Assembly (NCBI RefSeq): GCF_902652985.1
Contig: NC_047015.1
Coordinates: 56,544,001 to 56,608,000, forward strand
DNA from: Pecten maximus
Lineage: Eukaryota
Reading direction: 5' to 3'
Length of the DNA: 64,000 nucleotides
A model generated the notes under the pieces. It saw nothing but the letters and a program-made list of their open reading frames with translations. It did not search any database and was not told where the DNA came from. Positions 53,701 through 64,000 of the stretch are shown here, in pieces. Each line of letters begins with the position of its first letter. Position 1 is the stretch's first letter. The position numbers and the translations under genes are program-made.

Positions 53701-53950
53701 TTGAATGGCCAATATATCTTATTAGTGTGTTTTGGTTTTAGTGGTCTGTGTGTTTGAGTGATCAGTGTGTTTTGGTTTTAGTGGTCAGTGTGTTTGAGTG
53801 GTCAGTGTGATTTGTCAGTGTGTTTTAATGGTCAGTTTGTTTTAGTCATTAGTGTGTTTGGATTCTCAATATATCTTATCAATCAGTGTGTTTCAGTGAC
53901 TACTATGTTTTGCTGGTTAATATATTGCAGTGGTATATTTGGATGGTCAG
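50772..53950. repeat. 3.2-kb complex GT-rich satellite built on a 17-bp monomer (gagtggtcagtrtgttt)
   Basis: 50-51-bp units at 50772-51150, 17-bp units in the centre, 30-bp units (gagtggtcagtgtgatttgtcagtttgttt) at 52200-52550 and 53070-53660. A ~500-bp block at 51671 is duplicated at 52556. Confidence 0.97.
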
Positions 53951-55661
53951 TATCATATTTCATGTATTCAGTATATCTATTTAGATATTTATTGACAGAA
54001 AAGCAATGAGTATGACCACTGGTCAAAAAAGTTAAGCACTGAGAACAGCTAGATAGCCTTAACAATGGTGAGGAGACAGATGGTCAGCTTTATCGTGAAC
54101 TCAATATATATAGGAATATATATGAAGCCAAACAAGCAGCCTGATCCTGCAGTTGCGTGGAACAATTGACAAAAGAATAATTTGAACAAAGTGATTTACG
54201 TAAAAAGCCGATATTTAACGAAACTGACTGAAATTTTGCGACGCGACTCCGCAATATTTGCAGTAAACTCCGTCAAATTTCGGAAAGACTAATTTTATGC
54301 ATTAAGTTTTTATTTCATTTTGTGAATAGCGAAATTTAAAAAATGAGTATCGTTACAAACAGGCTATGAAACCATTTACAATTAATCTTTCCCAATTTAC
54401 CACTTACAGGAGAAAGCATAGTTGTATAACTTTAAAGTATTAATTAATAATTAGTGAAAGAAAAACTCATGGTAAAGCATCAAAGCGCCATCATATAAAA
54501 TGTAGACCAAAACGTACTGAAATGATTCCCCGTACTAGTTGAACTATTGAATGTACCTTTGATTTAAGTTGAAACATATAAATTTCAATTACCTTTGATA
54601 CCAATTTAAACATTTCACTTTTTAAATCTTCTGTTTAAAATTTTTTTTTTTTTGAAATATTTTTATTATAAAATTCTTAACAGATACAAAATTGTTCTTT
54701 GTATCTAAGCTTTTGAAAGCTTTATAAATCTTTAAGAGCATCTCCGCCTGTCCAAGAATACTTTATATCTAATACTGAAATAGTGATTCTAAAGTCAGCA
54801 TAAAACTATAAATTTTTGTCATTGAAAGTGACTTTCGAAATTTTTCATCAAAGAAAACATGAAAGCAAATGATAGCTCATATTTCGTTTGCGATGAAAAC
54901 GGAATCTGATTACAAAGTCGGGCATCAAAAAATTGATTTTGAAAGTTTTAAAAGTTTTCCCCATAAGTTTTGGTTATACACACGAGTGTTATGGACATAT
55001 GCGCTCCCTGCAATAGTTACATGTTCAGATTTTAAATAACTTCTTCAGTATCATACAACTTTAGTTTATGTTCATATTTCGACTATTGTTTTAATAATGA
55101 AAGTGGAACTCGTATAGATAATTTCGTTTCATAAACCACAGCACAAGTCGGGCTATTTTTTCTGAAATATCCATGCTTCCAGAGTAACATCACTCCATAA
55201 ATAATTATTTTGAATTTAGAATTATTTAATAATTTTCTTAAATGTTTACATAGAAAATATAAATGCAGTCACAAACATACATAAGAAAAACGAAGGTGAA
55301 GTTTCATTTCAATTTACCTTGAAAACTGTATTAACCACCAGTAACATTGGTCAAGTTAAAATAATGTTAGACTTAAGAGTTTAAAATTGAATATATGGTT
55401 TCCTTCTTGATTATCGTTTTTATATTTTCATCTTTTTTTTTAGGTACATGTAGGATACAACACTTCACAATGAATTGTCATTATCACTAGAATCAATGGC
55501 ACAAACTTTTTAAACTGTTATCAATTTGGACAACGCAACCACCAGGTTCATCAATACAACTGGTGATACAGTCTGTTTTCGATAGTGAAATATGTCATTA
55601 TTCTGAATTTATCTCGATAACCAAAACTGAGTTTAGGTTCTAATAACATTGTTGAAATATA

Positions 55662-55976
55662 CTGTCAATCACTTAGATTTTGCGAATACTTTATTTCGCG
55701 AATACCTTATTTCGCGAGCCTACCTCTTCAGACATATATGCGAATACCTGTCAGTACCTGATTTTGCAAAAGTTAATATAATAATGACTTTAAATTCGCA
55801 AATGATGAGCTTTAAGATCATGGACTCTGCAAGACTCCTATATTTGTAAAGCGCACCTGGTCGCCATCAAAACGTGTTATTCACGTACAAATAATCGCAC
55901 AGGATTTGAATTCGCGGTTGACTCTCCTCGTGTTAACGCGAAAATAAACGCAACGCGAAATATAAGTGATCTACAG
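55662..55976. mobile_element. MITE with TA target duplication (Tc1/mariner-type termini)
   Basis: TA|CTGTCAATCACTTAGATTTTGCG ... CGCGAAATATAAGTGATCTACAG|TA; internal tttcgcg/cgcgaaa subterminal repeats. Confidence 0.8.
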
Positions 55977-57538
55977 TAATTCACATACACTTAAGTGTTT
56001 GTCCTGGATAACAACACGTGTATCGCCGGAAGTTGTATATAAAAGCTCGAGACTTCCGTGGAATTACAAAAGAGCTTGAAAATTGACCGGTTTCTACATC
56101 AGCGGTCTTGCACGACGGTGAAATGAACGATTTGGAATTGTATAATTGTTCAGTAGATGCAAAACACTAGATCGAAAAACGAAGACAAAATACAACCAAC
56201 AACATATTTACCTATTTAAAAAGAACATGATCAGTTATTCCTGTAGGGTAAAATCCTCTGCTTGACCCACAAATATAGATAAAATATAAGCAATGTAGCG
56301 TTCTCCTAATGGGAACTGTGGTAGACTCAATAGAACCACATCAAACAACATACTGCACTCTCTACGGTCACTCTGAAGTTGGCTTAAATAAGTAATGGTT
56401 AGTAGATTGGCTTATACACTGAAGTGGTTTGTGACAAAAAGTCACAGAAAACATCCGTTTGGCCATCAAATATAGTTTGCAGAAAGCAAGTCATTTAGAG
56501 AAATAAAGTTAACGACTCTTTAGCGAAATCATCGTATGTATAATTAGGTCAAAGTTTGTTGGACTAAGCCTCTCCAAACGTCCATTGTGATTTTTGTTAA
56601 TGCACAAACATGTCACAAATGGACAGGTTAAGACCTCTATGGCCGAGTTTTTTCGTTTTTACGTCACAGAATCCCAAACATATATATCTATAAACTCGAC
56701 AGCCACGTAGAGGTAAAGGACCTCTTCTCTCTCAGACGATTCTAAGACTCATTCTTGATAATTACGAACGGCAAGTCTTATTGTGATCTATAAGATATAA
56801 CAAATAGGATTAGTTTTGACGTTAAATAGCTCTAGAATTAATCCTCATATACAATTTAGGTGGGACAGTGTTTAGCCATTGGAACAACGAAGAAGGATGT
56901 ATGAGGATTTGAATTACGATGTCAAGAAAACTTATTCATGATGCCAAAATTGTCTAGAAAGATTTGGGCTACGTGGCATCTCATACCAGACTCTGTGTTA
57001 AGATGTTTTGGTGCAACCTTAAGTGATATATTGGAATTGAATGAACTATTTTTTTTCCAAATTATAAAGCTAAATGAAATTTTGTTTTTTATGTATTAGC
57101 ATTGCGAAACAAGAATAACTTCATTTCACTTCGGTTGCAAGAATCTTCATTAAATTTATATGTTGTATATATATTATTAAATGAAAATTGACAAATAAAA
57201 CATATTTTAAACTAAACAATAGAAACTTGGAGTCTAACTCCAAATAAACGAGGGAAACAACATGTGTAAGAAGAGCTGCTGCAAAAGAGAATAGGTCGTC
57301 TTGTAAATATTTGTCAATAAATAATAAAATAATATGAATTGGTATTTTTATTTGCACATTGGACAAATAATATTTATATTGTGTACTTGATGGAATTTAT
57401 TGTACCTTAGCGCAATTATAAATTGATGTGGTAATGCCATTCAAAACGGGCACCAAAACGGTTTTTGTCGGCATAAAAAGTCAAAATACGTCAAAAAGCA
57501 GGTTTTCTCCCAAAAAGAATCTTTCATTTCGACTCCGG

Positions 57539-57684
57539 AAGGGCATAATTTAACCCAGCTTGGACCCTGATACTAAATATTAATATGCCTTTCAACACTT
57601 GCACTAACATGTTAATATCAACAAACCAATTCCAACGCCGACGCCGGTGTGACAACATGAGTTCAACCTTTTCTTCGAGCTAAA
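57539..57684 (+). mobile_element. probable remnant of a non-autonomous Helentron-like element end
   Basis: aagggcataattt ... (acgccg)2 ... catgagttcaaccttttcttcgagctaaa resembles common bivalve HINE/pearl-like ends (recognition from memory only). Confidence 0.4.
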
Positions 57685-59034
57685 TAGGGAAATAGGATGG
57701 GCACAAAACAAAAACAAATTAAGAGTTACATTCAGCAGAGGAAGTGTTGATGATAGGCGGCGACCAAAATTTTAGAATAGATATAAAGAAATGACAACAT
57801 CTGAATGAGTTGGTGCTAAAGAACTATAATTCAATCAATTTATCATTTTTGACGATGAATATCTACGGAACACATAAATTACATGTGTATATTCTTAAAC
57901 TGCTTCACTACTCTGGCGTGACAAACGTGACAAATGTATCAGATAGAATTGGCTTAATGTGAAAACTAACACCAAACAAAAAGGGAAGCCAACATAATTT
58001 AGATTTCGATTACTATTCGAGAACAAAAGGATTGAGTATGAAAAAAAAATGCACGTGACACAGTAACTGGATATTTCAGCCTGGCACAATATATTGACAA
58101 CGGACTTGAATGATAAGATAATGTATGCATACGTTTAACAGAAGTGTTTTAGTAAAGCAGATAAGGCAAAGCAAAATGATGATGTTAGGGAAAAGATGAA
58201 AAAAAACATGTATTAGTTAATTGAACTGATCAATAAGTAAAAGTGATGGACAACGCACAGGAAAAGCAACATGAATAAAAAGAGAATGCAACTATGTTAT
58301 CATGCTAAACAAAATTTCGTAAAACATGCAACTAAATTCTATCTGCAGCTGCTAATTTCTTAATTTACAACTATGTCTTTTATACATATATCCAAAACTT
58401 CATTCAATATCAAGCAAAAGTAGAAAGAAAACGGACTCCAAACGAACACGGAAGACAACATTTTATAGTGTTAGTTACAAACTGTAATGTTCTTCATAAG
58501 GTCAAAGGGATGGGCTACCTGCCGTATACAGATGAATTACCTGGAATAGTTCCAAACACTTTCATCCTATCATTTAGATATTTCATTTTATCCAATCTGC
58601 TTTTAGACTTAAATCGAGCGATGGTAATTAGTGGTGACACGCCGCATATTGTAATGTCTCAAGTTGATGTAGACTCTAGGATCTCTAGTCTATAAGACCT
58701 TCCGCAGACTGGCACTGATGCTCGTAGGTATCTCGGCAGGGTTCCTTGGGCACATATTTGGTGCTTCTTATAATCGGGTACCTTTAACGATGATAAAGAA
58801 TTGACGAATTGACAACATGTTTTTGTTATACTTAGTTAATCTTATAAAACAACCATTTGTTTTCGAAAAGGGACATTTTGAATGTGCATACATATGCTTT
58901 TGTTTATACTGGAGCCTTATTTTTTTTTAAATGTGTTTTTATCTAGAATCTATTTCCTTAAGTAAAAAGGACATTTGATTCTTCGATATTATAGATATTT
59001 TTTTCTTGTCCTAAATTCTATAAGATTTCACAGA

Positions 59035-59235
59035 NNNNNNNNNNNNNNNNNNNNNNNNNNNNNNNNNNNNNNNNNNNNNNNNNNNNNNNNNNNNNNNNNN
59101 NNNNNNNNNNNNNNNNNNNNNNNNNNNNNNNNNNNNNNNNNNNNNNNNNNNNNNNNNNNNNNNNNNNNNNNNNNNNNNNNNNNNNNNNNNNNNNNNNNNN
59201 NNNNNNNNNNNNNNNNNNNNNNNNNNNNNNNNNNN
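59035..59235. other. assembly gap (~200 N)
   Basis: run of N. Confidence 1.
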
Positions 59236-59937
59236 GGAGCAATCTGATGAATTGACCTTTGACCAGTAGCGAATAGAGAGGGATTCTAACACTTATAAAA
59301 GAACTTTCCCATGAATTCCACCAACCTCCATCTCTTGAAATCTTGTGGTGTTTCTCAAACAGTCGCTGACATCTGTCACAGAAATCGTGATAATAGGAAC
59401 AAATCTTGAATATCGAACTGGGTTAGGATGTAAACCTAAGCACGTAAACAATTAAGAAACAGAATTAAAGAGACACGATCCATCACAAGCTCTCTCTCAG
59501 AGTACAAATGTACAGCCAGAGTATGCTTCGCCAACCCCATTACTTCTTAAGGGACCAACCAGCCAATTGTTTGTCAATAGACTATAGTGTCAATGTTTTT
59601 TTAGTATACCATTGAAATTTTTGAATTCATTTGCACAATTGTGATTTATAACAAAAGTCTAGGGTCTCATATAACACTTGATAAGAAAAAGTGGGGTCGT
59701 TCAACTCAAACTTTTTCAGGATAGCCATTTTGAAATTTGATGAATTTCGCAGTGAACATTCTCATAAATCTGAAATTTTTACCCGTTGATAATTATAACC
59801 TGAACTTTCGAAAGAAATTCAATCTGACTTACGAAATTATATCAACATTTCTTATATCAGGCTACATATCTAATTTGGAACTTAATGATAAATTGGCCAA
59901 TTAGTAGCTGCCGAACATTTTGTCCCTGGCTGACTTT

Positions 59938-60058
59938 ACAGGGGAACGTTTCAAAAGTCTATTTTGCATTTGGTTATACACAGGGGAACGTTTCAAAAGT
60001 CTATTTTGCATTTGGCTATACACAGGGGAACGTTTCAAAAGTCTATTTTGCATTCGGT
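59938..60058. repeat. 42-bp tandem repeat x~3
   Basis: acaggggaacgtttcaaaagtctattttgcatttggytatac. Confidence 0.95.
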
Positions 60059-60474
60059 TGGTTGTTCTCTATACAATCGTCCCTTTTGATGACAGGTGGC
60101 ATTATCTTTAAATCTAGTCGTCAGAATGTTTCTTTATATACACCTCTGAGTAAGTCACACGTTCCTTTGCTTTGTTTTGCAGACAGTGGTCAACAATGGC
60201 TTTTGTTTCCTTTGTAAAGATGTTCTAGGTTAACCTGCATTTTGGCAGGTAGGGGAATTTTAAAGGATAAAGAATATACCAAAGAGCGACCTAATGAAAT
60301 GGAAATGATGAAAATACAACATGACAGCATCTATTTAGAAATGTTCTTTATATTGATGTTTATGTAACTTTCAGATAAGTTTACAACAGTCTTCATTTGA
60401 TCTGAAAATATACATGTATACATTGCTCATGCGTTAATTAAAAAACTTGACATTATTGATAAAGAGTTTCTTAA

Positions 60475-60816
60475 AGGGACATCCCTTCGTTTGAATAAAG
60501 TTTGGGTCGTTAAAATAAAACTTACTGGAAAAAATGTTTTTTTTCCCAAAAAGTAAAAGTTATAATCTTGATATTAATACAACGGTTTTACTCTCAAGAT
60601 AAACCAAGGCTCTTCGAGTACAAAGTCCTGAAACTTCTTAATTCGACCCGAAGTATCACTAATTACCGCAAAGACGGTATTTGTATACGATATGTCTTTT
60701 CATGTATATTTTGGTGTTTATTTCATTATAAGTAGGCGGAAACACTCATATAATCATCGTTCGGAAATTAATAGAAATTGTGCATGTTTCTGATGTCCGA
60801 ACGAAGGAATGCCCCT
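60475..60816. mobile_element. non-autonomous TIR element with TTAA target duplication (Kolobok-like)
   Basis: TTAA|AGGGACATCCCTTCGTTTG ... CGAACGAAGGAATGCCCCT|TTAA. 5'-AG termini with a TTAA TSD fit Kolobok rather than piggyBac. Confidence 0.8.
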
Positions 60817-61109
60817 TTAAGATTTTCCCCCTTTTTAGAATATATTTTGCGTCATGGTCTGTGTTTTCTACATACTTGGCAATGAAAACTTCCAAATCAC
60901 ATGGTCTAGATCACGTACAAAAGAGCAACAGATTCTGCTAGAAAAAAAAATGTCTGACAACTTATTGTCTATGTGCGTCTTTACTGTTAACTTCTTTGCC
61001 AAAGCCTGCCATGTGATAGTATGTAGGGGTACAAAAAGTAAACAAACCAAAGGGAGAGAGAACATAGGGATAAAAGCAGATAAAGATTTCAAATTTTACC
61101 ACAGAACAG

Positions 61110-61219
61110 GCCCCAGGACCATGATGCGATCATAAGGTTAAGATTTTGTATAATGTCAAGTTTGACTTGGTTAATCACTGACAAAACTTAAGTCCGAAAT
61201 TTCTCCATGGTCCTAGAGT
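61110..61219. mobile_element. short MITE with CAG flanking duplication (PIF/Harbinger-like)
   Basis: CAG|GCCCCAGGACCATG ... CATGGTCCTAGAGT|CAG; 9-bp perfect inverted core AGGACCATG. Confidence 0.5.
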
Positions 61220-61374
61220 CAGGTATCTTTAATAAATCCCAAAGGTAGATTAAACGCCAAGTAAGTCACCGAATCTACAGAAAGTCACATTATTTGCATT
61301 ATATGCAGTTTAATGTAGCAGAATCTACTCGTGAATTGGCTAATGTTCTTAAACAAGAGACATAAGAAACGACA

Positions 61375-62035
61375 CTTCTAATCTCTCACGTACAGAGGTT
61401 TTTAGAAGAACCACTCCGATCTCTCACTAACAGGAGACACTAGAAGAACCACTGCGATCTCTCACTAACAGGAGACATTAGAAGAACCACTGCGATCTCT
61501 CACTAACAGGAGACATTAGAAGAGCCACTCCGATCTCTCACTAACAGGAGACATCAGAAGAACCACTCCGATCTCTCATTTACAGGAGACATTAGAAGAA
61601 CCAATGCGATATCTCACTAACAGAAGGCATAAAAAGAACCACTCCGATCTCTCACTAACAGGAGACATTGAAGAACCACTCCGATCTCTCACTAACAGGA
61701 GATATTAGAAGAACCACTCCGATCTCTCACTAACAGGAGATATTAGAAGAACCACTCCGATCTCTCACTAACAGGAGATATTAGAAGAACAACTCCGATC
61801 TCTCACTAAAAGGAGACATTGGAAGAATCATTGCGATTTCTCACTAACAGGAGACATTAGAAGAGCCACTCCGATCTCTCACTAACAGGAGATATTAGAA
61901 GAACCACTCCGATCTCTCACTAACAGGAGATATTAGAAGAACAACTCCGATCTCTCACTAAAAGGAGACATTGGAAGAATCATTGCGATTTCTCACTAAC
62001 AGGAGACATTAGAAGAGCCACTCCGATCTCTCACT
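61375..62035. repeat. 38-bp minisatellite, ~17 copies, with a 152-bp (4-unit) duplication
   Basis: Unit ttagaagaaccactccgatctctcactaacaggagaya; the same variant series (acaact, ctaaaa, ttggaagaatcattgcg, gagcca) occurs twice, 152 bp apart. Confidence 0.97.
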
Positions 62036-62549
62036 GATTCGGTATTATTACTCAGAAGCCTCTTACACCTTGCAGTAGGATACAACAGGCATATTGTTCC
62101 CTATCCCGCTTACGGGCTATTGAAACAATGATTTTATCGAATAAAAAAAAACCTAAACGTCTCACTTTATTTCAAAATCTCAGAAAATGTTGCAGTCATG
62201 AAAGGATTTGAAGATAACGCACCTATGACCGGTGTTCAAATACTTTATACATGATCAAAGGATCAGTTAAAATTACATTTCAACGTGTGATGTAAGATAT
62301 TCGATGGATTCAAACTAAGAAAAGTATGTTATTTCTGACATGTGTGAACCCTCGTGACCCAGTGTCACGCCCACTGTATACTCTGTGAGTATATGATCTA
62401 CTCAGCTGTAATTAAAACGTTATATAACCTACCTAACGCATCACCTAAATCATTGCTACACGCAAAGAAGTCAAAGATCAGAAATTAAATCCTACTAAGG
62501 AATGTCTCGCCATCACAAACATGATTTTACCTTGTCAATATTAAAGCTA

Positions 62550-63082
62550 CTAAGCCCTACACTGCACCTTTGTATCCTAATAACCCTACAATAATAAAAT
62601 TACCCAGGTCATACATGGTACCTTTGTATCCTAATAACCCTACAATAATGAAATTACCCAGGTCATACATGGTACATTTGTATCCTAATAACCCTACAAT
62701 AATGAAGTTACCCAAGCAATACACGGCACTTTTGCATCCTAATAACCTTACTATAATGAAGTTATCCCAGCCATACACAACATATTTGTATCCTAATAAC
62801 CCTACAATAATGAAGTTACCCAAGCCATTCACTGCACCTTTGCATCCTAATAACCCTACAAAAATAAAATAATGAAGTTAACCAAGCCATATACAGCACC
62901 TTTGTATCCTAATAACCGTACAATAATGAAGTTACCCAAGCCATACACGGCACCTTTGTATCCTAATAACCCTACAATAATGAAGTTACACAAGCCATAC
63001 ACAGAACCTGTGTATTCTAATAACCCTATTACATTGAAGTTACCCAACTATATATTGTGTCCTAATTACCCTACAATAATAA
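62550..63082. repeat. 54-bp minisatellite, ~10 copies
   Basis: Unit cctttgtatcctaataaccctacaataatgaagttacccaagccatacacggca; a frameshifting insertion lies at ~62865. Confidence 0.95.
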
Positions 63083-64000
63083 GCATTTATTGGAGATACA
63101 TAGAATTTGTAGCTCATGGCTTTAATCAAGTAATTTTCGCTTAATAAACTTATAAAGGTCATATTTTTAACTATTTATCGAAATTTTAATTTCAATTTGA
63201 CTTAAATCTCCTTCAACTGGATAAAAAACAACGATTTATTGGCTGTTTTATTTCGATTTTCAATTTTCAGATATTTCAACATCAGGGCATATTGTTGATT
63301 AAAACATATTTTATTTAAAATTTACCTATATAAATATATATTTGTTGCAGACTAAGATTTAGGTAAGTTTTATAGACACCATGCCTCTAAATTCAGTATT
63401 AATTTATTCAATTTTGTCCTCACGCGCTTTTTTCCTTACTTTAAAAATTATGTCAATAATATTGATTGGTAAGAAACATGCTCTTCAACTCGCGGCACTT
63501 TTTTCTGATGTTAATGTGAAATATTGTTAACTAAATATATAAGTTTAAGAAAGATGTAAAAAAAAAAAAGTAAAATAATCAAGACACTTAATTATGACCC
63601 TCTAAGCACGAAAAGCACGAATCACATTCTAGAAGAAGATAGAAAAGTTCGGACGTACATCAAAAACTTCCATATCGTGACCAGTATACCAAAGACAAGA
63701 ATTCCAGACCGTTGTTCAAATAGTACAGTCGCCAAAACAGAAGAATGTCACGCGAAGCAGTTCGACTCAAACGTTTAAGCTCAAACAGGACAGCGGGTCG
63801 CTTAATTCTAGGGTGGGGAGCACTTTTACATTTAATATTCCATTCGGTACATGACACTCAAGTCCAAACTCTGAAAACAATGAAAACAGACAAGATTTAT
63901 TGTCACGTGATCCACCTGATGTCGACAACTTACATCAACATATTAACTCACCACAAACGTTTGTTTTTTACTGACAATGTTCCTTCGTCATCAAACTGTG

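Noticed and set aside
58975-59292. ORFs spanning the N run
   Set aside because: Artefacts of the assembly gap
62557-63144. YPNNPTIMKLP repeat protein
   Set aside because: 54-bp minisatellite with a frameshifting insertion, many non-synonymous variants and no splice or start context
1-64000. Conserved microRNAs, hammerhead ribozymes, transposase/RT ORFs
   Set aside because: By-eye checks for common bilaterian miRNA sequences and CUGANGA...GAAA cores found no valid match, and no ORF shows DDE or RT motifs. An Rfam/MirGeneDB scan would be needed to exclude them formally.

Overview
AT-rich (roughly one-third GC by eye) eukaryotic genomic DNA, most likely from a marine invertebrate such as a bivalve mollusc; this is inferred from SINE-tail, MITE and Helentron-like motifs. 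No long, recognisable protein-coding exon is present, and nearly all long ORFs in the supplied track are by-products of tandem repeats. The window looks like intronic/5' regulatory DNA. It has a probable promoter at ~31.0-32.6 kb and several short plus-strand ATG..GT candidate first exons of an unidentified gene. It also has about ten mini/microsatellite arrays, four small TIR elements, SINE remnants and one scaffold gap. Three signals stand out. (1) Two 18-bp arrays (10.6-11.6 kb and 13.7-13.9 kb) encode back-to-back N-glycosylation sequons (NETNIT)n with mostly synonymous or sequon-preserving variation, apparently a decayed gene for an extremely glycosylated protein. (2) An array of six conserved hairpin cores with diverged spacers plus one inverted copy lies at 45.85-46.31 kb. 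(3) A repeat-built cluster of CRE, YY1-like and ETS sites lies at 34.4-35.9 kb. No gene could be named with confidence.
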